Virus record (IMG/VR): IMGVR_UViG_3300032007_000006 | Location: 121,360-185,359 of that record | Reading direction: 5' to 3' (one strand) | DNA length: 64,000 nt | DNA from: a virus | Lineage: Duplodnaviria > Heunggongvirae > Uroviricota > Caudoviricetes | In this document: piece after piece, positions 56,149 through 64,000 of the stretch | Numbering within the stretch: position 1 is the stretch's first letter | Layout of the letters: every line of letters starts with the position of its first letter | Position numbers and translations under genes: made by a program | Notes under the pieces: model-generated | Told to the model about the DNA's origin: nothing | Database searches by the model: none | Seen by the model: the letters and a program-made list of their open reading frames with translations, nothing else

Positions 56149-58305
56149 CTAGGAGAAAAATTCAACAAACGCTCTAGCGAAGGCCTTGTATGAAGCAAGA
56201 GTGCGACCAACGGATCCAACCTTCTGGACTAGGCCTTCGCTGTCAAGACCCTTGAAGTCCTTTGATGCAGTCTTTTCAGGAACCATTAGGTCCGAATTCA
56301 TCATGATGTACTGGTCTATCAGCGCATCTCCCTTCAGCCGTCTTGCAATGCACGGCCGGTCAAATTTCGTATCATTTGACTGATTCAGAAGAAACATCCG
56401 CTTGAAGTAGTATGGCTCAAAATAGGTGCCACGATGCATGTCGTGCGTAGACTGCCCATTTGCATTTCTTTCCGCTATTTCCTTCCAGTAGCGTCTTGAA
56501 CACAGCATATGGTACTCTGAAGCAATAGACGAAAATATGATTGATGCACCAGTCTCCTTTTTAAGATATCCAGCAATCAGTTCAAAACCCCAGTCATGAA
56601 CGCTCTGAGCCCTGTTTTGACTAATGTCATCAAAGTCCTTTACGTCAAAGGACTTTCCATCCAGAAGCATGTGAGTTATGCCAATTCTAAAGTCCACTCG
56701 TCCATAGCGGGTGTACACTTCCTTGGTGTATGCTCCATCGGTGGATACAATGACTGAAACCTTTTCAATGCCAGATGAACGCATGTTCAGCACTTCATTT
56801 CTCGCCGCCATCATGGCCTGAATGATTGGAGTGCATCCACCATATCTTAAGGAGCATCTTTCTCCATTGGCGCTTCTGACGTTCAGAACCAATGAAGAAT
56901 TGATTTCACTCAACGCGAGAAAGAAGTCCAGATCAAAGGTTGAAGAATCCGCAACCTTGAACACGGTCTTTTCGGTCAAGGAACTCCATCCATAGTAGGT
57001 GTTTGCTCCAAATATCAAAATGCTGAACGGAATTCCAGACAACTGGCAGAAGCGCCCAAGTATTCCAGCCTGAATGCAGGAAGCAGTCTGGACGTTTTTG
57101 TTTCTGGTCATGGATTCAGAACAGTCCAGAAGCAGAACAACTCCATGGCTTTTTCCCTCGGCAAGACGTTCGGTCGTTTTGAATATGGCATCGGAAACGC
57201 TATGCCTGGCCAGTTTTTTCGTGTCAAGACGACCACTATGCAGTCTTTTTCTGGTGGCGTTTTCAATGGCGCTCTTCTTCTGAGCAAAGATTGAAGCCAT
57301 TTCAGCGGCGCACTTTTCTATTATCTCCTTGTTTTTCCTGGATCTTGCTTTGATGTCCTTGCCATTGATCTTGCGCCAGTCCAGACCACCAGCGGAGAGA
57401 TCTTCATAGCAAATGTCTAGAATCTCTTTTGAAAAGAGAACCAGCGGCTGAATCACCATGCCATTTGGCATGACATGCTCTTTCTTAAAGCGTTCACGCA
57501 GGGAACGCTCCAGGACGTGCATCCTGCTGTCCGTCAACTCTTCCCCTAGGTCATCTAAGCCAAATGCCTCCTCGTCACCCTGACCGCTCCTAGAGCCCTC
57601 TCCGAGAGCATCATCAGATTCGCTGTTGCTTTGACTGGAACTTTCCTCGCCAGACAGACTATCCTCTGACGCATCTTCATCTTCACTAGATTCAGAATCG
57701 CCATCAGAACATTCATCAAGCGTCTTCTGCATTTGAAGGTTGACTTCTAGACTTCTTTCCTTGAGATATTCCAGAATGTCTTCACAAAGATCAATGACAT
57801 CAGCCTTGGTGGAGAGATTCAGAAGCCGATATGCAAAGGCCGATTCCTTGTGGTTTCTGAAAGGAACTTCAACCATGAAACCAAACTTTGCAAAGATGTT
57901 GAGTCTTTCCACAAGATTTGCATCTTCAATGCCATCCAGAGGAAAGACTTTCGCCGTGGCAAGATTAAAGTATCCCTCCTTGAATATCGCTTCAAGTCCC
58001 TGGAACTCCTTCTTCATCAAACGCTCGATGCGAGCGTCTTCAACTACATTGAAGAGGTCCTTGTAGCGTTCAACCAGTTCCTTGAAGTTGTCCATGTCAT
58101 AGTTTGAGAACTTGGCATGTCCAATTTCATGGCTTGCAAGCGCCTGCGTAGTTGCTTCATTGAGACAGTCCCACATGGGAAGAACAATCTGTCTGGTTGC
58201 AAGATTGTAGCTGGCCGTAGGAGCGTCTGGAGAATAGACGACTTCTATGCCCTTGGTGGCCAGAATGGTGGAGTAGGTCTCCCAACGCTTCGCTTCATCA
58301 AACAA
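56149..58305 (-). CDS. CobT-like metallopeptidase-VWA protein
   Basis: HEIGH zincin motif, acidic linker, MIDAS DCSESM; TTG start with AAGGAG. Confidence 0.85.
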   Translation of the reverse strand: MFDEAKRWETYSTILATKGIEVVYSPDAPTASYNLATRQIVLPMWDCLNEATTQALASHEIGHAKFSNYDMDNFKELVERYKDLFNVVEDARIERLMKKEFQGLEAIFKEGYFNLATAKVFPLDGIEDANLVERLNIFAKFGFMVEVPFRNHKESAFAYRLLNLSTKADVIDLCEDILEYLKERSLEVNLQMQKTLDECSDGDSESSEDEDASEDSLSGEESSSQSNSESDDALGEGSRSGQGDEEAFGLDDLGEELTDSRMHVLERSLRERFKKEHVMPNGMVIQPLVLFSKEILDICYEDLSAGGLDWRKINGKDIKARSRKNKEIIEKCAAEMASIFAQKKSAIENATRKRLHSGRLDTKKLARHSVSDAIFKTTERLAEGKSHGVVLLLDCSESMTRNKNVQTASCIQAGILGRFCQLSGIPFSILIFGANTYYGWSSLTEKTVFKVADSSTFDLDFFLALSEINSSLVLNVRSANGERCSLRYGGCTPIIQAMMAARNEVLNMRSSGIEKVSVIVSTDGAYTKEVYTRYGRVDFRIGITHMLLDGKSFDVKDFDDISQNRAQSVHDWGFELIAGYLKKETGASIIFSSIASEYHMLCSRRYWKEIAERNANGQSTHDMHRGTYFEPYYFKRMFLLNQSNDTKFDRPCIARRLKGDALIDQYIMMNSDLMVPEKTASKDFKGLDSEGLVQKVGSVGRTLASYKAFARAFVEFFS

Positions 58306-58342
58306 TGGTTGCTCCTTTGCCGGCTCCTGCCAGACAGGAAAG

Positions 58343-58371
58343 AAACTAGCCTATCTAGGCGTTTTTGTCAA
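58343..58371 (-). promoter_or_regulatory. Sigma70-type promoter
   Basis: TTGACA-17-TAGTTT. Confidence 0.65.
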
Positions 58372-59515
58372 GCGTCTGCTCATCATCAGGCACAGGCTTT
58401 TCTGCTGGAGCAATGGCCTTCCAGGCGTTGACAAGCGCCTTGGCCTCTTCATCCGAATAGTGCGCCAGAGCCAGCTCGATTGCGTATTCAATGGATTCAC
58501 AGACAGTCCATCCCTTGATTATGGACTGAATGCGTCTGGTGGAAAGGAAGATGGAACCATCTCCAGACTGCCAGGACTTCCAGACGATGTCAATAAACTT
58601 GAAGAAAGTCTCCAGCAGTGCTTCAGGCATTTCGATGTTCATCACCTTCAGCCAGCGTTTAATGATGCGACTTTCAGTCTTGATTGAAGGAATCTTCTGC
58701 TCAATGATCCAGTCAAAGCGTTCCAGAAAGGCCTTGTTCAAGGTCGTAGTGCCGACATACTCATAGGAAGAGCCATCTCCCTTCGTGTTTCCAGTGGCAA
58801 AAACCTGAAATCCAGGCGCAGGCTTCACAAGTTCTCCAGTTTGAAAGACATAGAGAGGCTTGTTTTCAAGCACTCCCTGCAGAACCATCAATGAAGGATT
58901 GAGGTCGATTTCATCCAGAAGCAGTATTCCACCAGAACGATAGGCCTTCAAAATGGGACCATCCACCCAGACGGTATTGCCATCTATGAGAGAATAGGAG
59001 CCAACAAGGTCTTCCGAAGTGGAATCCTTAGTCACCTGTACGCGGAAGAACGGTCTTTTATGCTTGGCGCAGGCCTGCTCTATCTGAAAAGTTTTGCCAA
59101 GACCAGAGATGCCATAGATGTAGACGGGAAAAAATCTCTTCTCCGACACAATCTTGTCCACAAGGCGCCAGTTGCGTCCAGTCTCAACAAAGGAAGAAGA
59201 GACATCTGGAATGTAGACTTCATATCCAGCATCTTCAAGCTTGGGAGGCGTTGCTCCAGGCGCCACAGCGTCTAGAACGGCATAGGCTTCCTGTTTCGTC
59301 ACCTTGCCGCTGACAATGTAGCGGAGCATATAGCCTTCAATGCAGTTTCGGATGGAAGGCTTGGCTTCGGGAGACTTTTTCCATGCTCCTATCATCCAGC
59401 CTTTCATTCCCTCGGTAATTGCATTCCATTCTTCTATGTCATATATCCTGCCGAGTTCAAGACCAGCATTCTGGGCGTCCGTCACGAAATCAGAAAACTT
59501 GGCTTTCAGGTTCAT
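58355..59515 (-). CDS. MoxR/CobS-type AAA+ ATPase
   Basis: GISGLGKT, LLLDEID, ATGNTKG, AFLERF. Confidence 0.92.
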   Translation of the reverse strand: MNLKAKFSDFVTDAQNAGLELGRIYDIEEWNAITEGMKGWMIGAWKKSPEAKPSIRNCIEGYMLRYIVSGKVTKQEAYAVLDAVAPGATPPKLEDAGYEVYIPDVSSSFVETGRNWRLVDKIVSEKRFFPVYIYGISGLGKTFQIEQACAKHKRPFFRVQVTKDSTSEDLVGSYSLIDGNTVWVDGPILKAYRSGGILLLDEIDLNPSLMVLQGVLENKPLYVFQTGELVKPAPGFQVFATGNTKGDGSSYEYVGTTTLNKAFLERFDWIIEQKIPSIKTESRIIKRWLKVMNIEMPEALLETFFKFIDIVWKSWQSGDGSIFLSTRRIQSIIKGWTVCESIEYAIELALAHYSDEEAKALVNAWKAIAPAEKPVPDDEQTLDKNA

Positions 59516-59581
59516 CCATGGCCTCCTTTGTTTTGGCAGACAGATATCTACTATCTCCGCCCAGAAATGTCAAGAAAAATC

Positions 59582-59911
59582 TCAATCCTGCTTTTTCAGG
59601 TATCTAGACAGTCCAGCGAGAGGAACGCCTCTGGAAACTTTGGTCTCCAGCAGAGAATTCCAGTCTTCGGTAGTCACTTGAGTGCATTCCTTGTTGAAGG
59701 GACACTGAACAAATCCATCGCCTTCGAGAACGTCAAACGGACAGTCCAAGGCTTCGTCGTTGCATCTCCAGGCCATGGCCGAGGGACTGAACTTCTCTAT
59801 TACAGGAATGCGAATCCATTTCTTCACGGTAGGTCTGGCTAGATCACTAATGCTCCAGCTGGACTTAATGCTGAAATCATCCATGAAAACCTCCTTGCTG
59901 ATTTTCTTCAA
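59582..59911 (-). CDS. Small Cys-containing hypothetical protein
   Basis: Downstream of TTGACA-17-CATAAT (59914-59942); start could be ATG 59884 after AAGGAGG. Confidence 0.55.
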   Translation of the reverse strand: MKKISKEVFMDDFSIKSSWSISDLARPTVKKWIRIPVIEKFSPSAMAWRCNDEALDCPFDVLEGDGFVQCPFNKECTQVTTEDWNSLLETKVSRGVPLAGLSRYLKKQD

Positions 59912-59946
59912 GCATTATGCCACAGACTGTGACTCCTGTCAAGAGG

Positions 59947-60519
59947 CTAGACCACCTTTCTCCAGTCATCGCCGAATTCAGCCTGCATTAGTCCCCACGA
60001 GTCATGCGGCGCATTGAATGCCGTGTCAGACAAATTCATTTTCTTCAATGGATAAATGACTTCCTTTGGAATGTCCAAATTATCACCATACATTCTTCCA
60101 TCTATTTCTGTCCAGATGCATACATTCACTTCTGGCTTCACAGCGTCCAAACCTAGATTTCCAGACAAAGTTAGAATGTCATTTTCAACTACAATATCCG
60201 TTTCGTCAAGGATATCGGATTGACACAAATCGGTCCACGCTGTATCGAGCATTCCAATATAGACTTTTGTCTCCCATGGAAGAAGATATCCAGTTCGACA
60301 TGCCGCAAGCAAGGAATTTTTGTCAAGCCAGAACTCTACATTCTTCTCTTCAAGAATGGACAAGATGTGCATCATTCGATCCTGACATCTCTTTATCAGT
60401 CCAGAAGCCTTAGGCATGCTGAATACAACGCTGTTGTCCTGAACAGTCTTTTCAAGCATGGACAGCATTTCATCAATGCGTTCAAGCTTGGAGGATACTA
60501 TTTGCGTTTTGTCCTGCAT
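59947..60519 (-). CDS. LicD-like nucleotidyltransferase-fold protein, degenerate active site
   Basis: FWLDKNSLLAACRTGYLLPWETKVYIGM versus canonical YWLDGGTLLGAVR...IPWDDDIDIGM. Confidence 0.6.
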   Translation of the reverse strand: MQDKTQIVSSKLERIDEMLSMLEKTVQDNSVVFSMPKASGLIKRCQDRMMHILSILEEKNVEFWLDKNSLLAACRTGYLLPWETKVYIGMLDTAWTDLCQSDILDETDIVVENDILTLSGNLGLDAVKPEVNVCIWTEIDGRMYGDNLDIPKEVIYPLKKMNLSDTAFNAPHDSWGLMQAEFGDDWRKVV

Positions 60520-61024
60520 TTTTTAGACTCCTTAATATCTGATTCCATCCATCAACAGTGGATTCTACAAGTTCATGCTTAATTCCATGCAAGTCAAGCC
60601 ATTCAGACATTTCATCATGAAGCCGATCTGCCTCCTCTTCCGTTTCCCTTCTTCCATTGCAGTCATATGGAACAGAACGCTTCAGCAAAAACAAAGAAGT
60701 GTCAAACTGACTGCATTTTTCCAAAACAAGCCGCACAAATGCATCCGAATGTGGTCTATTGTAGAACAAAGACAAAATTGGAGGACTGTCGCAGACTACA
60801 TAGTCCGTTCTGCAAAGAATCCTGTCAATCATTCTCCATTGATTTGCAAAGACATAGAGCTGATCCTTCCAGGCATTGGATTCATCCCAAAAAAGATCCT
60901 TTGCAAATTCTGAAGCCATTTCGCAGTTTAAACCAGAAAGACGCATTTGAACAAACAGCCATGCGGCGCATGTAGTCTTTCCGGATCCAGGAGCGCCTAT
61001 TAGGCCAATCAATTTCCCTGGCAT
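60482..61024 (-). CDS. P-loop NTPase (NadR/AAA_28-like)
   Basis: GAPGSGKTT, SEFAK, VVCDSP, NGRRET. Confidence 0.8.
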   Translation of the reverse strand: MPGKLIGLIGAPGSGKTTCAAWLFVQMRLSGLNCEMASEFAKDLFWDESNAWKDQLYVFANQWRMIDRILCRTDYVVCDSPPILSLFYNRPHSDAFVRLVLEKCSQFDTSLFLLKRSVPYDCNGRRETEEEADRLHDEMSEWLDLHGIKHELVESTVDGWNQILRSLKNAGQNANSILQA

Positions 61025-61353
61025 CCACATCCCCTGCCAGCGTTGTCTGGCTTCTGCATCAAAGGATTTTCATTAACAGGAATTCGATTCTCTTTTTCGC
61101 TTTCATTCTTCAATGCATCATATAGCATTTCGCCAGCGGCTATTCCACCAGCAGTACCAGCCATTGAACCCATAAATGTAGAACCGTCAACTAAAGGCTT
61201 GACGGTTCTACTTCGAGAAAGCATGCGAACAGCAGATTTTGAACTGACTCGTCTTGCATCTGCATTATTGGCCATTATTGGTCCAAAAAGAAACGCACAA
61301 GAGAAAATTACAATTGATGCGTATGTTAAGACATTTTTCATTTGCTTCTCCAT
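61009..61353 (-). CDS. Hypothetical exported/membrane protein
   Basis: N-terminal hydrophobic signal, GSMAGTAGG segment. Confidence 0.55.
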   Translation of the reverse strand: MEKQMKNVLTYASIVIFSCAFLFGPIMANNADARRVSSKSAVRMLSRSRTVKPLVDGSTFMGSMAGTAGGIAAGEMLYDALKNESEKENRIPVNENPLMQKPDNAGRGCGCQGN

Positions 61354-61703
61354 TCATGCCAGAGACGTGGAATGAACCATTTTGACTTGACAGACATTTC
61401 CCTTCTTCTAGATTCAAACGTTTCATTGATTCTGGCTATTTCTCTGTCTCGATCAAGTCCAAGCACAGCCAGTTTTATCATAAGAGCATCGGCCATTTCA
61501 ACTGGCATGGATCCAGTTGAACCTTCCTCCAGACGCCTATTGGAAATGGTGGCCATTTCTCTTAATGTTTCTTCATAGGCAATGCTAGTCAACTGACCAT
61601 ACTTCGCATTCTCCGCCGATATTTTTTGATCTCGTATTGACTTTTCGGCCTTTTCGTTCCATGGACAGCCAAAAATCCATTCCATCATTTCAACTGCATT
61701 CAT
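61338..61703 (-). CDS. Hypothetical helical protein
   Basis: SD GGGAGG before ATG 61703. Confidence 0.65.
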   Translation of the reverse strand: MNAVEMMEWIFGCPWNEKAEKSIRDQKISAENAKYGQLTSIAYEETLREMATISNRRLEEGSTGSMPVEMADALMIKLAVLGLDRDREIARINETFESRRREMSVKSKWFIPRLWHEWRSK

Positions 61704-61717
61704 GACAGTCTGCCTCC

Positions 61718-62077
61718 CTACGCATGCCAGTACATCCACAGCCAAATTCTTCCTAAACACGTTGCACTTGCATATGCATCTTTATTGACATCATCAAGCA
61801 TTTTAAAGAAAAGTCTGTCGTCCTCGGCATACATTTCTTCAGTTATGCTCTTAATCTCGGCATCAATGGATTCAAGTCTATGCTTTTTTTCATCAATCGT
61901 TTTTGGCGCATCAGATGGAAAGCCAATCTCGTTCATCTTTTTCTGTTCAAGTGCAGATATTTTTTTGGAATAGAAAGATTCAAGTTCAGAAGCTGCCTTT
62001 CTCCATGCGGCTTCAATGTCATGCTTTCTAGACGGCTGTCCAAATAGAAACTCCTTGATTTTAGACAGATTCTTCAT
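61718..62077 (-). CDS. Hypothetical helical protein
   Basis: SD GGAGG before ATG 62077. Confidence 0.65.
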   Translation of the reverse strand: MKNLSKIKEFLFGQPSRKHDIEAAWRKAASELESFYSKKISALEQKKMNEIGFPSDAPKTIDEKKHRLESIDAEIKSITEEMYAEDDRLFFKMLDDVNKDAYASATCLGRIWLWMYWHA

Positions 62078-62147
62078 CGAATGTCCTCCATTCACTTGCA
62101 GTCCAAACACTGACCAGTTCGACCAGAACGCTTCTAAAGCATAAACA

Positions 62148-62176
62148 AGTCTAGATCAAACACTAAAAAAAGTCAA
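62148..62176 (-). promoter_or_regulatory. Sigma70-type promoter
   Basis: TTGACT-17-TAGACT. Confidence 0.65.
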
Positions 62177-62409
62177 CCATCAAGCGCCTTGGCCAGCTGC
62201 GCCTTCATGTCCTTGGCCCAGGCTGAAAGTTCTGGCTTTTTCCTGATGAACCACACTTCAAGATTAGTCAAGGCCCTTACAATCTTCTTTCTTCCCTTCT
62301 TGTCCACAAGAGACACGAAATGCTTTACAGGCAGAGAAGTCACGCTTTCTCCATCAGGAACCTCAAGCACTTCGGAAGATTCAGCAATCCATTCATTCAA
62401 CAGCTTCAT
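62173..62409 (-). CDS. Small protein with capsid-targeting-like N-terminus
   Basis: MKLLNEWIAE resembles T4 IP MKTYQEFIAE. Confidence 0.5.
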   Translation of the reverse strand: MKLLNEWIAESSEVLEVPDGESVTSLPVKHFVSLVDKKGRKKIVRALTNLEVWFIRKKPELSAWAKDMKAQLAKALDG

Positions 62410-63172
62410 TTCTTGTCTCGTCTATTCCTATTTTGTTGAAATACTCTTTCACTGATGGACTGGATTCAAGAATCATTCTAACGTCTTCCAGCTTCCAGAA
62501 CGCATCTTCATCCATTTCTCCCTCAATGCGAATCCATTTGCGGTTTTTGTCGCATCTGAAGGCATACGTTTTCCCGCCATCAGATGCAGTCAATCCACGC
62601 ATTATGCCTGGAATCCATGAACGCCAGTTGAAAATGGCCTTTATTCCAGATTCATTGATGGCATTGCCAAGATGTCCCAGAACGTCAAAGATCATCAATG
62701 GAAGTCCCTTCCAGAATGGCTTCTGATTGAACGTACACTTTACGGCAATTATTTCACCACCATCATGCGCCCATGCTCCAAATCCTCTGGCCTTTGCTGG
62801 ATTCTTTGGCTGCCTTGAAGGTTCGCACCAGTTTTCTATGGTGCAGTTTACTAGAAGACACTTCATTCCACACTGCACTTCAGGCATTCTTCTTGAACCA
62901 TCTCTGAAAATGCAGTTTAGAAAGACAACAGTCTTTCCTTCCTCTTTAGACCTCCATTCTTCATCTCCACCACCGATCAAGGCCAGCTTTTCTGCTCCCT
63001 GAAATACGCAGTCGCGAATGATGGCCGATCCACCTCTGGTAACGGCAATTGCTTCATCTATTTCTTCAACGGAATAGCTGGAAAAGTCAACATACGTTTC
63101 TTCAACTTCATGAAATCCATCTTCAAGATGAATTCCATCTCCACTCGGACCTGGTTCAAATATGCATTTCAT
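62393..63172 (-). CDS. Pectin-lyase-like right-handed beta-helix protein
   Basis: IIRDCVF, FLNCIF, LVNCTI, AVKCTF repeats; TAATG coupling at 63172. Confidence 0.6.
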   Translation of the reverse strand: MKCIFEPGPSGDGIHLEDGFHEVEETYVDFSSYSVEEIDEAIAVTRGGSAIIRDCVFQGAEKLALIGGGDEEWRSKEEGKTVVFLNCIFRDGSRRMPEVQCGMKCLLVNCTIENWCEPSRQPKNPAKARGFGAWAHDGGEIIAVKCTFNQKPFWKGLPLMIFDVLGHLGNAINESGIKAIFNWRSWIPGIMRGLTASDGGKTYAFRCDKNRKWIRIEGEMDEDAFWKLEDVRMILESSPSVKEYFNKIGIDETRNEAVE

Positions 63173-63606
63173 TAGATAGTCTCCTTCTGTAATTTTTTCA
63201 TGTATTCCAAAACCTTGTCCCTGTATTCCTGAAGCCATTTTTCTTCGGAATGAAAATCAGCAAGCATCTTCTCGGCTACTTCAAGATTTTCCCACTGTTC
63301 CAGCACACTAAGGGCGCATTCATTGCACCAGATGCTGTCCGACTTCAGTCCTTCTTCAACCAGTTCAAGACCAAACTTTCCTTCTTCATATGGCAGACTG
63401 GCCAGAACATACAGAGCCTGGGCCAGATGCGCTTCCCTATTGAATTTAGTTTTTCCTTTAACAAATTCAATGAGAGATTTCTGCGCCTCCTGCAAGTCTT
63501 CCTTGGCCATTTCCTTCCATTTCAATTCAAGAAGAGATGGATACCCGCAGTTGATATCAGAATACTGAGCAAGACATGTCAATTCATTAACCATTTCTTT
63601 CGACAT
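63172..63606 (-). CDS. Hypothetical helical-repeat protein
   Basis: ORF in operon; start uncertain. Confidence 0.6.
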   Translation of the reverse strand: MSKEMVNELTCLAQYSDINCGYPSLLELKWKEMAKEDLQEAQKSLIEFVKGKTKFNREAHLAQALYVLASLPYEEGKFGLELVEEGLKSDSIWCNECALSVLEQWENLEVAEKMLADFHSEEKWLQEYRDKVLEYMKKLQKETI

Positions 63607-64000
63607 TTCTGTAGTCCTCAATAGAATATATCTTCTGTTCTGGATTGGCCAGCTTCACTCCAAACACTGGCTCATTATATGATTCTTTTCCTTCTATGTA
63701 CGGACCAACCTTAACATAGTCAATTAAAGATGCAATCTCTTCTGGAATGGAATAGTAGTGCGTCCAGAGAACAGTCTTCAGTCCAGCATGAATCATTCTT
63801 CTAATCAAGTCCTGAAGGTCATCCAGATTTTGATCAAGCGGCTCTCCACCCAGTATCCACACATAGTCTGCAAGTCCTACCGAATGAAGTTCAGAGGCCT
63901 TGTCTTCCAGAGTCTTTCCCTTCTCGGCATTCCAGCAGTCTCCAACGTTGAACGTCCATAGTTCTGCATTGTGGCATCCCTTGCAGTGTGGAGCCTTGCA
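63587..64000 (-). CDS. nrdG: Anaerobic ribonucleotide reductase activase-like radical SAM (5' truncated by window)
   Basis: Frame extends to window edge: CKAPHCKGCHNAELW...ILGGEPLDQ...KVGPY. Confidence 0.8.
   Translation of the reverse strand, partial: CKAPHCKGCHNAELWTFNVGDCWNAEKGKTLEDKASELHSVGLADYVWILGGEPLDQNLDDLQDLIRRMIHAGLKTVLWTHYYSIPEEIASLIDYVKVGPYIEGKESYNEPVFGVKLANPEQKIYSIEDYRNVERNG

Noticed and set aside
121-62000. TAG recoding or readthrough (in-frame pairs such as 483/487, 18562/18566, 16951/16938)
   Set aside because: Only about one third of TAG-adjacent gene pairs are in frame, which is the chance level. Conserved proteins end at TAG at their expected lengths, and most downstream genes have their own SD.
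1-64000. tRNA, rRNA, group I/II introns, CRISPR arrays
   Set aside because: Intergenic gaps are short and explained by promoters or terminators; no cloverleaf, intron core or spaced repeats noticed by eye. tRNAscan/Infernal would be decisive.

Overview
This window is a fragment of a large T4-like myovirus genome in standard code 11, about 40-45% GC by hand sampling. Replication genes (gp41 helicase, UvsX, gp61 primase, gp46/47, N-half of gp43 polymerase, gp45 clamp, dNMP kinase, partial NrdG) are interleaved on both strands with virion genes (gp2, gp4, gp13, gp15, gp26, a gp54/19-like tube protein, many tail-fibre proteins, a 3271-aa giant protein). It also carries lysis genes (holin-like, GH108, Amidase_3). 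The host is probably an anaerobic Gram-negative bacterium (inference). Highlights: (1) uvsX is fractured by a natural split intein with a free-standing GIY-YIG-like endonuclease between the halves, and a second mini-intein lies 11 residues downstream. (2) A T-TTT-TTT slippery site would fuse the gp26-like hub protein to a start-less downstream domain by -1 frameshift, as in lambda G/GT. (3) The polymerase gene stops in the fingers and its C-half is not in the window. (4) A ~355-bp IS200/IS605 miniature keeps both end hairpins and a TnpB tail with probable omegaRNA. (5) A LapG-like Cys protease is present. (6) A radical SAM enzyme sits inside a structural operon. (7) A variant late promoter, TGTAAATA, precedes short SD-less leaders. 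(8) TAG is the dominant stop codon. All calls are by motif recognition only; no database searches were run.
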